The notes under the pieces: model-generated
The model's database searches: none
What the model saw: the letters and a program-made list of their open reading frames with translations, nothing else
What the model was told of the DNA's origin: nothing
Source: Pantanalinema sp.
Lineage (GTDB): Bacteria; Cyanobacteriota; Sericytochromatia; S15B-MN24; UBA4093
Direction of reading: 5' to 3'
DNA length: 64,000 nt
Assembly (NCBI GenBank): GCA_036704125.1
Contig: DATNQI010000069.1
Coordinates: 6,170 to 70,169, forward strand
Shown here: positions 27,331 through 37,526 of the stretch, piece by piece
How the letters are laid out: every line of letters begins with the position of its first letter
Position numbering within the stretch: the stretch's first letter is position 1
Program-made: the position numbers and the translations under genes

Positions 27331-27363
27331 GATGCCCCGGGCGGTTATACCGCCCGGGGCATC
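27331..27363. terminator. GC-rich hairpin between convergent porin (+) and cheB (-) genes, no U-tract on either side
   Basis: gatgccccgggcgg-ttata-ccgcccggggcatc perfect 14-bp stem. Confidence 0.45.
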
Positions 27364-27378
27364 GTGCCGGAACGCGAC

Positions 27379-28497
27379 CTAGCCGTCGACCAGGGTGGTC
27401 AGGGCCGTAGGGATGGAGCCGAGGGGCAGGACCCGATCCACCACCCCCGCCTCGAAGACCGTGCGGGGCATGCCGTAGACGACGCTGGTGGCCTCGTCCT
27501 GGGCCCAGATCTCGCCGCCGCGGCTCTTGATGGCGCCAGCCCCCGCGGTGCCGTCGTTGCCCATGCCGGTCATGATGACCGCCAGCGCCTTGGGACCGAC
27601 CACCTGGGCGATCGAGGCGAAGAGGACGTCCACCGAGGGCTTGTGCCACGTCTTGGTGGTCGAGGCGTCCATGGTGCGGCAGACCAGGTGGCTGCCCTCC
27701 CGCTTCAGGACCAGGTGGGTCCCCGCCGGGGCGATCAGGGCCTTCTTGGGCTCCACCACCTCGCCGTCCACCGCCTCGCGGATGGTGAGCGGGCAGATGC
27801 GGTTGAGGCGCTCGGCCAGGGGCTTGGTGAAGCCGGGCGGCATGTGCTGGACCACCACGATCCCCACCGGGAAGTCGCCGGGCAGGGCGCTGAAGAGCGA
27901 CTGGAGCGCGGGGGGGCCGCCCGTCGAGATGCCGATCCCGATCACCTCGGGCACCCGCTGGCCCGAGCGCGCGGCCGGGGCGACCAGCAGGGGCTGAGGG
28001 GGCTTCGCGGGAGCCGGCGCCGAGGCCTGGTGGCCGAGCGTGGCCGCATGGACCGCGGCCGGGCCGTGACCACCCGACAGGCGACGGCGGGAGCGGCGCG
28101 AGTGGGCCGCCGCCCTCACCTTCTCGCGCAGCTCGCGCTCCACCCCGAGCACGTCGATCATGGACGACTCGGGCTTGGGCACGAAGTCGAAAGCCCCGAG
28201 GGAGAGGGCCGTCAGGGTGGCCGTCGCCCCGTTCTGGGTCAGGGTGCTCATCATGATGACCGGCAGCGGCATCTCGTCCATGACCCGCTTGAGGGCGGTC
28301 AAGCCGTCCATGACCGGCATCTCGATGTCCATGGTGACGACATCCGGCTGGAGGGTCTTGATCGCCTCGAGTCCCTGGGCGCCGTCTCCCACGCTGCCGA
28401 CGATCTCGATCTCGGGATCGGCCGCGAGCATGCGGGCGATCGCCCGGCGCATGAAGGCCGAGTCGTCGACGATCAGAACGCGAATGGAGTCGCTCAT
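27379..28497 (-). CDS. cheB: Chemotaxis response regulator protein-glutamate methylesterase CheB
   Basis: REC domain 'VLIVDDSAFMRR...VTMDIEMPVMDG' plus CheB_methylest motifs 'GISTGGPPAL', 'VVVQHMPPGFT', 'GMGNDG'. Confidence 0.95.
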   Translation of the reverse strand: MSDSIRVLIVDDSAFMRRAIARMLAADPEIEIVGSVGDGAQGLEAIKTLQPDVVTMDIEMPVMDGLTALKRVMDEMPLPVIMMSTLTQNGATATLTALSLGAFDFVPKPESSMIDVLGVERELREKVRAAAHSRRSRRRLSGGHGPAAVHAATLGHQASAPAPAKPPQPLLVAPAARSGQRVPEVIGIGISTGGPPALQSLFSALPGDFPVGIVVVQHMPPGFTKPLAERLNRICPLTIREAVDGEVVEPKKALIAPAGTHLVLKREGSHLVCRTMDASTTKTWHKPSVDVLFASIAQVVGPKALAVIMTGMGNDGTAGAGAIKSRGGEIWAQDEATSVVYGMPRTVFEAGVVDRVLPLGSIPTALTTLVDG

Positions 28498-29357
28498 CGC
28501 ATGACCTTCTCAATCTCAGCGGTCGGCTTGTAGTAGACCATGGCACGGTGCACCGGGTCGGGCAAGAACGAGGTCCCAAGCGTCAGCAGCGATTCGGAGT
28601 GCCCCAGGAGCAGGTACCCGCCCGGGTTGAGGGCCTGGTAGAACAGGTCCACCAGGCGGCGCTGGGTCGCCTGGTCGAAGTAGATGAGCAGGTTGCGGCA
28701 CAGGATCACGTCGAAGCCCTTGAACCCCGGCCACTTGTTCATCTCCAGCAGGTTACCCTGCCGGAAGGCCACCGCCTTGCGCACCCGCTCCAGGATGCGG
28801 TAGCGATCGCCCTCGGCCTTGAACCAGCGGTCGAGCTGCGCCTGGTCGGTGGCCCGGAAGGCCGCCTTGGGGTAGAGGCCCTCCTTGGCCTGCTCGACGA
28901 CCGGCCCGTCGATGTCCACCCCGTGGATCTCGACGTTCCATCCCACCATGTTGGCCGGCGTCTGCTCCAGGAGCATGGCCAGGGTGTAGGGCTCGGCGCC
29001 CGTCGAGCAGGGCGCGCTCAGGATCTTGAGGTGGCGGCGCGTCGCGTTGCGCCTCTGCAGCTCGGGGACCAGGTGGGCGCGGAAGATCTCGAGCTGGTGC
29101 ATCTCGCGGAAGAAGTAGGTCTCGTTGATCGTCACCAGCGGGATCACCGCCGTCCATGCCTTGCCCGCCCCGAAGGCCATCTCGCGCATGAGCATGTCCC
29201 CCAGCGCCGAGAGGCTGGGGCAATTGATTTCCCGCATCACCCCCTCGAACTTGGGGACGAGCGCCTGGAGCTTGGCCTCCTCGAGCCTCAGGCCCGCATG
29301 CGCCTGGATCAGGTCACGCAGGCGCAGCAATTCGCCGTGGGTCTTGGGGTCCAGCAT
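28494..29357 (-). CDS. cheR: Chemotaxis protein methyltransferase CheR
   Basis: 'ETYFFRE', SAM-binding 'ILSAPCSTGAEPYTLAML', 'ILCRNLLIYF'. Confidence 0.95.
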   Translation of the reverse strand: MLDPKTHGELLRLRDLIQAHAGLRLEEAKLQALVPKFEGVMREINCPSLSALGDMLMREMAFGAGKAWTAVIPLVTINETYFFREMHQLEIFRAHLVPELQRRNATRRHLKILSAPCSTGAEPYTLAMLLEQTPANMVGWNVEIHGVDIDGPVVEQAKEGLYPKAAFRATDQAQLDRWFKAEGDRYRILERVRKAVAFRQGNLLEMNKWPGFKGFDVILCRNLLIYFDQATQRRLVDLFYQALNPGGYLLLGHSESLLTLGTSFLPDPVHRAMVYYKPTAEIEKVMR

Positions 29358-29372
29358 GGTGCGCCGCGCCCC

Positions 29373-31484
29373 CTAACCGGCGCTCGTCGCGCCGAGCCCG
29401 GCGCGCCGGGCGCCCTCGTCGATGAGGGTCGCCACGTCCAGGATGAGGGCCACGCGGCCGTCGCCCAGGATGGTCGCGCCAGCGACGCCCTGGATCTCGC
29501 CCAGGTAGTTGCCCATGCTCTTGACCACGATGTCCTGCTCGCCTTCCAGGCGATCGACGATCAGGCCCAGCTGCTCCTTGCCGCTGCCCACCACGACCAC
29601 CGGCAGGTGACGCGCCTCCTGGCCGTCCGAGCCGAAGCCGAAGGCCTCCTGCAGCTTGAAGAGGGGAAGCACCTCGTCGCGGACCTGGGTCACGGGCCTG
29701 CCGTTGATGGTTTTGATGGCCGAAGGCGCGAGGCGGATGCTCTCGCGGACGCTCTCGAGCGGGATGGCGAACGTCTCGCCGCCCGCGCGCACCAGGAGGG
29801 CCTTGGTGATGGCGAGCGTCAAGGGCAGCTTGATGATGAACTTCGAGCCCTCGCCCTTGGTCGATTCGACGTGGACCGAGCCCTTGAGCTTGCGGATGTT
29901 CTGGTTGACCACGTCCATGCCGACCCCGCGGCCCGAGACGTCAGTGACCTTCTCGGCGGTGCTGAAGCCCGGGGCGAAGATGAACTGGACCGCGTCGTGA
30001 TCGCTGTAGACGGCATCCGGGCTCGCCAGGCCCAGGTCCCGGGCCTTCTTGAGGATCTTGGCCGGGTCGATGCCGCCGCCGTCGTCCTCCAGGAGGATCA
30101 CGATGTGGTTGCCCTCGTGGTGGGCCGAGAGCTTGATGGTGCCCGTCCGGGGCTTGCCGCTGGCCTCGCGCCTGTCGGGCGTCTCGACCCCGTGGTCGAT
30201 GGCATTGCGCAGCAGGTGGACCAGGGGATCCTCCAGCTCCTCGCTGACGGTCTTGTCGATCTCGGTCTCCTGGCCGCTCATCTCGAGCTTGGCTTCCTTG
30301 CCGAGGTTGCGGGCCAGGTCGCGGATGAGGCGAGGGAAGCGCGAGAAGACGCGCTCGACCGGCACCATGCGGGTCCGGATGACCGTCATCTGCAGGTCGC
30401 CCACCAGGCGCCCGAGCTGTCCCAGGCTCTCGGTGAGCTGCTGGACGGTCACGTCGCGGTCGTAGCGGCCCTCCAGGACCCCGCCGAGCTGCGAGAGGCG
30501 GGTGTTGCCGATGACGATCTCGCCGACCACGTTCATCAGGTCGTCCAGGCGCTCCACGTCGACGCGGATACTCTGGCTGTGGGCAGCAGCGGCGCCGCCC
30601 GCCCGTGCCGCCTGCTTGGCGGCGGGCTTGGGAGCCTCGCTGGCCTTCACGACCGCAGCGGCCTCCTGGGGCGCGGCGGGCGCGTCCTCGGGGGCGCTGC
30701 TCGGATCGTAGACCAGGCGCAGCTCGTCCGGGCCCATCGGCACCAGGATCGAGAGGATCATGGGGTCCGCCGAGGACTGGACCAGAGCGTGGCCCTTGAG
30801 GGCGAACGCCTCGGTGCTGCCCTGCTCGGGGGGGGCGGGGTCCGAGTGCAGGGCGATCACCTCGGAGATGGCCGCGAGCTTCTGGAAGACGTCGTGATCG
30901 ATGCTCTCCTCGACCCAGCGACAGCCCTCGAGATCGAGCTTGACCTCGTACAGGTAGCGCTTCTCGCGGATGGCGCGCTTGGCCGTCTCCATGGCCTTGG
31001 CGTCGAGCGAGGCCTCGAGCCCGTGCTCCAGGTGGAAGGGCAGCAGGGTCTTCGCGTCTTCGGTGGTGGGTCCGGCGTTCTCGCGGGCCGAGAGGAGGTC
31101 CTTGAGGCGCTGGGTGGTGGGGGCGGTGTCGGTCCGGGTCGTCCGGTCCTGGCCGCCCATCTCGACCATGAGGGTGCCGAGCACGTCCACCGCCTCGAAG
31201 AGGCCCTCGAGCAGCTCCGGGTCGGTGCCGATCTTGCCCTCTCGCATGCGGCCGAGCAGGTTCTCGAGCTGGTGCGTCAGGGCCTGGATGGTCTTGAGGC
31301 CGAGCATGCCGGCCGCGCCCTTGACCGAGTGCGCCGCCCGGAACATCTCGTTGATCAGGGCGAGATCGAGGGGCTCACCGAGGGTGTCCTCCAAGACCAG
31401 CAGGCTCTGCTCCAGGGTCTGGAGGTGGGCCCTTCCCTCTTCCAGGAAGAGCTTGAAATCCTCGTCGCTAAATTCGAAACTCAT
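29373..31484 (-). CDS. cheA: Chemotaxis histidine kinase CheA
   Basis: Hpt 'FRAAHSVKGAAGMLG', HATPase 'HLLRNAIDHGVE', 'DDGGGID', 'GRGVGMDVV', C-terminal CheW-like domain. Confidence 0.95.
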   Translation of the reverse strand: MSFEFSDEDFKLFLEEGRAHLQTLEQSLLVLEDTLGEPLDLALINEMFRAAHSVKGAAGMLGLKTIQALTHQLENLLGRMREGKIGTDPELLEGLFEAVDVLGTLMVEMGGQDRTTRTDTAPTTQRLKDLLSARENAGPTTEDAKTLLPFHLEHGLEASLDAKAMETAKRAIREKRYLYEVKLDLEGCRWVEESIDHDVFQKLAAISEVIALHSDPAPPEQGSTEAFALKGHALVQSSADPMILSILVPMGPDELRLVYDPSSAPEDAPAAPQEAAAVVKASEAPKPAAKQAARAGGAAAAHSQSIRVDVERLDDLMNVVGEIVIGNTRLSQLGGVLEGRYDRDVTVQQLTESLGQLGRLVGDLQMTVIRTRMVPVERVFSRFPRLIRDLARNLGKEAKLEMSGQETEIDKTVSEELEDPLVHLLRNAIDHGVETPDRREASGKPRTGTIKLSAHHEGNHIVILLEDDGGGIDPAKILKKARDLGLASPDAVYSDHDAVQFIFAPGFSTAEKVTDVSGRGVGMDVVNQNIRKLKGSVHVESTKGEGSKFIIKLPLTLAITKALLVRAGGETFAIPLESVRESIRLAPSAIKTINGRPVTQVRDEVLPLFKLQEAFGFGSDGQEARHLPVVVVGSGKEQLGLIVDRLEGEQDIVVKSMGNYLGEIQGVAGATILGDGRVALILDVATLIDEGARRAGLGATSAG

Positions 31485-31511
31485 CGCGCTACTCCTCGAT
31501 CGCTACCCCCC

Positions 31512-31877
31512 TTACTTCTTGAGCGCTCCCTCGACGGCCGCGAGAACGCGGTCCTTCTGGAAAGGCTTGACGATGAAGTCCTTGGCGCCGGCCTTGACCG
31601 CGTCGACGATCATGTCCTGCTGGCCGACGGCCGAGCACATGATGATCCGCGCTGCGGGATGCTTCGCGACGATCTCCTTGACCGCCGTGATGCCGTCCAT
31701 CTCGGGCATGGTGATGTCCATGGTCACGATGTCGGGCTGCAATGACGCGAACTGCGTGACCGCCTCGGCCCCGTTGGCGGCTTCACCGACCACTTCCCAG
31801 CCCTTCTCGTCGAAGAGCTTCGCGAGGGTGCGGCGCATGAAGGGGGCATCATCGACGATCAGAATGCGGATGCTCAT
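31512..31877 (-). CDS. cheY: Chemotaxis response regulator CheY
   Basis: 121-aa single REC domain 'ILIVDDAPFMRR...VTMDITMPEMDG...KDFIVKPF'. Confidence 0.95.
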   Translation of the reverse strand: MSIRILIVDDAPFMRRTLAKLFDEKGWEVVGEAANGAEAVTQFASLQPDIVTMDITMPEMDGITAVKEIVAKHPAARIIMCSAVGQQDMIVDAVKAGAKDFIVKPFQKDRVLAAVEGALKK

Positions 31878-31883
31878 GAATCA

Positions 31884-32375
31884 CTATGCTCCTTGGCGAA
31901 TGCCGACGGTCACGAGGATCTTGCCCGCGCTGAGGTCGAGGGGGACGGCCATCGCGCGGATCCGGTGCCAGGTCGCGCTCATGTCCTTGCCGACCAGCAT
32001 CGTGGGGGGGGTGATGTCCGAGGTGATTCCCAGGTCGTTGAGGTGGAAGCGCGCGTTGCCCGAGATCATGTTCGCCAGCTCCTGCAACGCCGAGATCGAC
32101 ATCTCGTCGAGGGCAGCCACCGGCTCCATCATCATGGTCGAGGCGATGGCGAGCGCGGTGGCCATGTCCATGCCGTAGTTGACCTGGCCCTGCACGTCGC
32201 CGGTGATGCCCACCGTGACGTTGACTTCCTGCAGGCCGATGGAGGGCGCCGTCTGGAAGATCGGCGTGCCCTTGCCGGGCACCTCCCCGATCACCTCGCC
32301 CAGGACGCGCTCAGCAGCCTGGACGAACGCCCGAACGTAATCCAGGCTGGCGGGGCTCCTTTGATCGTTTACCAT
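31884..32375 (-). CDS. cheX: CheX/CheC-family CheY-P phosphatase (CheX-like)
   Basis: ~160 aa. 'ALQELANMISGNA' matches the CheC/CheX/FliY E-x2-N-x22-P class motif region and the Thermotoga CheX layout. Confidence 0.7.
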   Translation of the reverse strand: MVNDQRSPASLDYVRAFVQAAERVLGEVIGEVPGKGTPIFQTAPSIGLQEVNVTVGITGDVQGQVNYGMDMATALAIASTMMMEPVAALDEMSISALQELANMISGNARFHLNDLGITSDITPPTMLVGKDMSATWHRIRAMAVPLDLSAGKILVTVGIRQGA

Positions 32376-32379
32376 GGGT

Positions 32380-34212
32380 TCAGGCTTCCTCTCTCAGTGG
32401 CTGAACAAGGGGGATGGACGGATCGGATGAAGAATCGGCGGCAGCGTCCGCTTCCTGGGCCACCAGGAGCTCCAGCGCCCGCTGGAACTGGCTCGCAGAG
32501 AAGCGGGCATCCTCGAAGGTCCGGCTCATGATGGCGAAGCAGGTCTCGAGATCGCCGCTCTGGCGGACCTGATGGAGCAGCACGCTGAACCGGCGCCAGT
32601 CGCCGTTGAAGGTGTGGACGCAGACCCCGTAGGCCTCGATCAGCTCGAGCGTCGGGAACGCCGCCTCGTGGCGCTGGACCTCGTCCAGGGTGATGCGATG
32701 GTCCCCCTGGAGGATCTCCGAAAGGGCAAGCAGACAGGCCGTACGCTCGGGCTGGGGGGCCGCGTCGATGAGCCAGGCATCCAAGGCCTGGGGGTCGGCG
32801 TTGAGCCAGTCGAAAGCCCGCTTCAGCCGGAAGTAGCGATACAGCAAAGGGGGCTCGGGGCAGCGCTCGCGCAGGTGCAGGATCTTGATGCGACCGAGCT
32901 TTTCCTCGGAGTCGCCGGCGCTCGCGAGCACCGCCTCGAGCCAGTAGATGTCGTCGGCGCTCGAGATGAACTGCTCGGCCAGGGCCTCCACGTCGCCCGC
33001 GCTGAGCTTGAGCTCCTTGAAGAGCAGGACGGCGGTCTCGTAGCGCTTCAGGCGGGCGCGATCCGTCAGGGTGTTGGCGAGGTGCTCGGCCCGCTCGAAG
33101 CTCAGATCCCCGAGCCCCAGCCGGAACCACAGCTCGCCCACCAGGCCGAGCACCTGGCTGCGCTCCTCGGACTCGACCCGCTTGAGGACCAGTCGATCGA
33201 TGTCGTCCACGCTCAGCCCCGAGCTCTGGAAGGCGCGCACCGCCGTCAGGTACCGCCCCAGCGCGCCGATCTCGGGCGCCCATTCCCGCAGCTGCATGAG
33301 GACCACCCGATCGACCGAGCGTCCCAGCTCGGTCATGCCCTTGAGGGCGCGATCGAGCCACTCCAGCTCGGCCTGGGAATCGGCGAAGGAGAGGTGGAAG
33401 GTGTCCAGATCGCCGACCTGGACCTCGTACTCCTCGAAGAGGTTGAGGGTCTTGGAGAGGCGGCGCACGGTGATCCGGTCGCGGACCCCCTCGACCAGGC
33501 CCCGGATGTCGTCGTAGCGCTCGATCCGCTTGACCCTGAGCGCCACAAGGTCCAGCAGCGCGGCCGTGGCGGCCATGGCCTCCTCGTCGACGACCCGATC
33601 GAGCAGCAAGGCGTCGAAGGAGGCGTCCACCGGCCCCAGGGCCTCGTAGGCCGACGCGCAGCCCAGGAAGGTCGCGATGGCGGGCGTGCCACCGGCACCG
33701 CCGAGGCGCTCGATCGCCTTCTGGAGGTTGTGGATCGCCACCGGGCGGCCGAGCTGCTGGTAGACGGAGGCCACCGTGCGAAGGGACTCCACGCTCACCC
33801 TGGCCGGCTCCGCGCCGAGCACGCCCAAGAGGGCGTCCAGGTCGTGAAGGTCCTTGGGTCGGGTCAGGTCGAAGACGCCGTAAAGGGTGGAGGCGGAGAT
33901 GCCCAGATCCAGCCAGGCGATCAGGCGCTCGGGGTCGTAGGCGAAGCCCTCGAGGCCCATCAGCGCGATCACCTCGACGCAGGCGTTGAACGAGGCCTCG
34001 TCGTGGACGCGCGCCTCGAACGCGCCGACGTCGGGATCGTCCCCCGCCCGCTCGCCGAAGTTGGTTCGGACGATCGGGATCAAGGCCCGCACGCGGTCCT
34101 CGGGGGCCGCCTCCTCGGCGCGCGAGGAAGCATGCCCGTCGAGCCCGCCGCGCCGCCGCAGGACGGCGGCGAAGGATGCCGTGATCCGGTCGAACCAACC
34201 CGTCGTCGACAT
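32380..34212 (-). CDS. Hypothetical 610-aa protein of unknown function embedded between cheW and cheX
   Basis: Long ORF that is codirectional and tightly packed (5-bp gaps to both neighbours). No TM segments or recognisable motifs; Leu/Ala/Arg/Glu-rich, probably all-helical. Confidence 0.6.
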   Translation of the reverse strand: MSTTGWFDRITASFAAVLRRRGGLDGHASSRAEEAAPEDRVRALIPIVRTNFGERAGDDPDVGAFEARVHDEASFNACVEVIALMGLEGFAYDPERLIAWLDLGISASTLYGVFDLTRPKDLHDLDALLGVLGAEPARVSVESLRTVASVYQQLGRPVAIHNLQKAIERLGGAGGTPAIATFLGCASAYEALGPVDASFDALLLDRVVDEEAMAATAALLDLVALRVKRIERYDDIRGLVEGVRDRITVRRLSKTLNLFEEYEVQVGDLDTFHLSFADSQAELEWLDRALKGMTELGRSVDRVVLMQLREWAPEIGALGRYLTAVRAFQSSGLSVDDIDRLVLKRVESEERSQVLGLVGELWFRLGLGDLSFERAEHLANTLTDRARLKRYETAVLLFKELKLSAGDVEALAEQFISSADDIYWLEAVLASAGDSEEKLGRIKILHLRERCPEPPLLYRYFRLKRAFDWLNADPQALDAWLIDAAPQPERTACLLALSEILQGDHRITLDEVQRHEAAFPTLELIEAYGVCVHTFNGDWRRFSVLLHQVRQSGDLETCFAIMSRTFEDARFSASQFQRALELLVAQEADAAADSSSDPSIPLVQPLREEA

Positions 34213-34217
34213 GGGGG

Positions 34218-34706
34218 CTAGACGGGCGCCTTATCCAAGGCGGCGATCTCTTCCATGCTGAGCAAGCGCTGGAGGTCGAGCAGGATGATGAGGCGATCGC
34301 CGAGCTGGCCGACGCCCTTGAAGAACGCGGCGTCGATGCCGCTCGCCACGAGCTCGGGGGTCGCCGAGACGGCCTCGGAGTCGAGGCGAAGCACCTCACG
34401 CACCGCGTCGACGATCAGGCCGACGGTCTTGCCGGCCACGTCCACGATGATGATGCGGGTCGCCTTGGTCGGCTCGGCCGAGGCCATGCCGAAGCGCCGG
34501 CGCAGGTCGATGACGGGCACGATCTTTCCGCGCAGGTTCACCACGCCCTCGACGAAGGAGGGGGCGCGGGGCACGCGGGTGATGGAGGACATGCGCACGA
34601 TCTCCTGGACCGCGGAGATGTCGACCGCGTACTCCTCCTCGGCCAGGCGGAAGCTGGCGAGCTGAAGCAAGGTCGAAGCTTGGCGCTCGATGGTGGTTTC
34701 GGACAT
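34218..34706 (-). CDS. cheW: Chemotaxis coupling protein CheW
   Basis: 162 aa, 'EEEYAVDISAVQEIVRM...VEGVVNLRGKIVPVIDLRRRFG...GLIVDAVREVLRL'. Confidence 0.95.
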   Translation of the reverse strand: MSETTIERQASTLLQLASFRLAEEEYAVDISAVQEIVRMSSITRVPRAPSFVEGVVNLRGKIVPVIDLRRRFGMASAEPTKATRIIIVDVAGKTVGLIVDAVREVLRLDSEAVSATPELVASGIDAAFFKGVGQLGDRLIILLDLQRLLSMEEIAALDKAPV

Positions 34707-34993
34707 TCAGAATCCCTCGCTTAGTGGCGCGACCGTGCGGGTCGCGCTGTCTCCCGTGCGGCTTTTTATACCCCGGTTTGTATCCTTCCAACACGCCGGA
34801 AAGAAGGATCTGGCGGGCATTTTCGAGCATCGACGATAGCAAGCGGTCCACGGCGCGCGCAAACTCGCTTCTCTAGGGTATACCTCGTTCGCCCGGTTTG
34901 AATTGGGACAAAATACCTAACTTCGCCAGGGATCGCCCAAAGGATGAGCTTAGGCGACCCCCCTGAAAGAACCCTGAGCGATCGCGGAGCGAT

Positions 34994-37411
34994 CTAGCGC
35001 CGCTGCGGCAGCGCCAGCACCTTGGGCACCTGCCGCCCGCTCGCCTTCAGCGCTTCGGGGGCGACCTGGAAGAACGCCACCGCTTCCTGGAGCTGCTGGG
35101 CCTGACGGCTCAGCTCGTCCGCGGTGCGGGCCACCTGGTCCGTGGCCCCGGAGGCCTCCTGGGAGCTGCGGTTGAGGCTCTCGACCGCGATCACCACCTG
35201 ATCCGAGCCCTGGCGCTGCTCGGCGGTCGCGTAGGTCACGCTGCGCGTCAGCTCGTCCATCTCGGCCACCGCGCCGGTCACCTGGTCGTTGATGGCGGCC
35301 ATCTGCTCGGTCGCCGTCACGATCGAGGCGCTGGCTCGTGCTTGCTCGCTCGTCGCCCCGGTGACCTCGCCCAGGAGGCTGCTGACCTGGCTGGCCGCCT
35401 GCTTGATCCGGGCCAGGGCCTCGCCGGTGCGCTCGGCGAGCTCGGCGCCCTCTCGCACCTTCCCCGCGCCCTCTCGGGTCACGTGCACCGCCTGCGAGGT
35501 CTCGGCCTGGATGCCCTTGATGAGGTCCCCGATCTCCCGGGTGGCCTTGGCCGAGCGCTCGGCGAGCTTGCGCACCTCGTCGGCGACCACCGCGAAGCCG
35601 CGCCCGGCCTCGCCGGCTCGGGCGGCCTCGATGGCCGCGTTGAGGGCCAGGAGGTTGGTCTGCTCGGCGATGTCGTCGATCACCTCGATGATCGCCCCGA
35701 TCTCGCCCGAGCGCCGGTCGAGCATCTGGATGGTCTCCCGGATGCCGGCCATGGTCTCGTCGATCGCCTTCATGCCGGCGATGGTCTTGGTCACCGCCGC
35801 ATCACCCGCCTCCGCTGCGACAGAGGCCTCACCGGCCACCCGGTTGGCCCCTTCCACGTTGCCGGCCACCTGCTGGATGCTGGCGGCAAGCTCCGAGATG
35901 GAGCTGCTGGTCTGGGTGACGGCGGCGGCGAGCTCGTCCGACTGGCCCCGTACCAGGCTCACCTTGCTGCCCAGACGCTGCACGCTCGAATCCACCGACT
36001 TGAGGTTGGCCGCCATCTCCTCCATGGCCGCCGAGGTCTCTTCGGCGCTCGAGGCCTGGACCGAGGTCGTCTGGCTGAGTTCCGCGCTCGAGCTGCTGAT
36101 CTGCACGGCGCCGGCGCCCACCTCGTCGGCGGCCGATCGCACCCGGCCCACCACCTCTTGCAGCTCGGTGGACATGCGCGAGAGGGCCACCCCGAGCTGG
36201 TCGCGCTCGCTCTTGGCCTCGACCGAGCGGCTGAGGTCCCCCTGGGCGATGCGGTCCATGTGGCCGGCCACGGCCGAGAGGTAACCGATCGCCCCGCGGA
36301 AGGCCAGGGTCATGCGGGCGAACTCGTTCTGGCCCTTCACCACCTCGGTCTCGGGGACCAGGACGCGCACCTGGCCGAGATCGCCCTCGGCGATCGCCTC
36401 GCACGCCTTGGTCAGGCGCTCCATCGGCTTGACGGCCGAGCCGATCATCCAGAGCAGGAGACCGGCGACGAGAGCGACCCCGAGGGCGGCGAGCAACCCG
36501 AGCACCAGCATCATGCGGTTGACCGAGGCCAGGGCCTCGCCCTGGTCGACGTACATGGCAAGCATCCACTCGCCCTGCTCGACCGGGTGGTAGAACATCC
36601 AGCCGTCCTTGCCCGTGATGGGATCGTGCACGTCGCGCACGCCTGACTTCTTCGTGCCGACCAGGTCCTTGAAGATGGGACCGAACTTCTCGTCCTTGGT
36701 GATGTCCTTGCCGAGAAGCGCATCGACGGGTGCCGCGACGACCCCGCCCCGGGGGCTCAGCAGCAGGAACATGGCGGACTGGTAAGGCTTGAGCTCCTTG
36801 AGCTTCCTCTGGATGTCCCCGAGGCCGCGGTCGACGCCGGCGATGCCGGCAAAGCGCCCATCCTTGCGCAGGGGGGTGACGAAGGAGGTCATCATGACCC
36901 CATCGTAGAGGTAGGGATCGACCACCACCGGGCGACCCAGCTTCTTGGGGAGCTGGTAGTAGGCGTCGGTCTCCATGCCCACCAGCAGATCGAGGTTCAT
37001 CCCGCCCTTGAGGCGGTTGTAATAGGGAATGAAGCGCCCGCTCTTATCGGCTCCGCGCGCGCCGCCCCACGCCTGGTCGTTGCCATCGGCGTTGGGCTCG
37101 TAGCCCACGTAGGCGCCGAGCACGTCGGGGTTGCCCTCGGCGATTCTGCGCAGGTAATCGGCAGTCATCGCCCGCCTTCCGAAGGCCCCGGTGAGCTGGT
37201 GATCCGCCATCAGGTCGACCATCTTGAGCATGCGGGCATTGTCGGCGCTCATGCGATCGGCGATGTCGGTGGTGATGGCCTTGCCGTACTTCTCGCTGGC
37301 TACGATCTGGTCTTGGCGCACCGAGACGGCGACGAAGGCGAAGAGGGCGACGAAGAGCAGGGCGATGCCCGCTCCAAGCCGGAGGGTGATCTCGTGCTTG
37401 ATGCTGCGCAT
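34994..37411 (-). CDS. Methyl-accepting chemotaxis protein with periplasmic double-Cache-like sensor domain
   Basis: Start set at internal M ([10 protein letters not shown]), not the track start 37546 which overlaps flhB. N-TM, ~300-aa periplasmic domain, TM, HAMP, MA domain '[44 protein letters not shown]'. Confidence 0.9.
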   Translation of the reverse strand: MRSIKHEITLRLGAGIALLFVALFAFVAVSVRQDQIVASEKYGKAITTDIADRMSADNARMLKMVDLMADHQLTGAFGRRAMTADYLRRIAEGNPDVLGAYVGYEPNADGNDQAWGGARGADKSGRFIPYYNRLKGGMNLDLLVGMETDAYYQLPKKLGRPVVVDPYLYDGVMMTSFVTPLRKDGRFAGIAGVDRGLGDIQRKLKELKPYQSAMFLLLSPRGGVVAAPVDALLGKDITKDEKFGPIFKDLVGTKKSGVRDVHDPITGKDGWMFYHPVEQGEWMLAMYVDQGEALASVNRMMLVLGLLAALGVALVAGLLLWMIGSAVKPMERLTKACEAIAEGDLGQVRVLVPETEVVKGQNEFARMTLAFRGAIGYLSAVAGHMDRIAQGDLSRSVEAKSERDQLGVALSRMSTELQEVVGRVRSAADEVGAGAVQISSSSAELSQTTSVQASSAEETSAAMEEMAANLKSVDSSVQRLGSKVSLVRGQSDELAAAVTQTSSSISELAASIQQVAGNVEGANRVAGEASVAAEAGDAAVTKTIAGMKAIDETMAGIRETIQMLDRRSGEIGAIIEVIDDIAEQTNLLALNAAIEAARAGEAGRGFAVVADEVRKLAERSAKATREIGDLIKGIQAETSQAVHVTREGAGKVREGAELAERTGEALARIKQAASQVSSLLGEVTGATSEQARASASIVTATEQMAAINDQVTGAVAEMDELTRSVTYATAEQRQGSDQVVIAVESLNRSSQEASGATDQVARTADELSRQAQQLQEAVAFFQVAPEALKASGRQVPKVLALPQRR

Positions 37412-37526
37412 GGGGCCTCCTGGAGGGGGGACGATGGGGCACACCTTTAGTAATAACGAATCAGCCGCAAGCAGGGGAGGGACTTTGGTCCCGACCTTGC
37501 CGCAAAACGTGATCTGCCGCTCGCGC

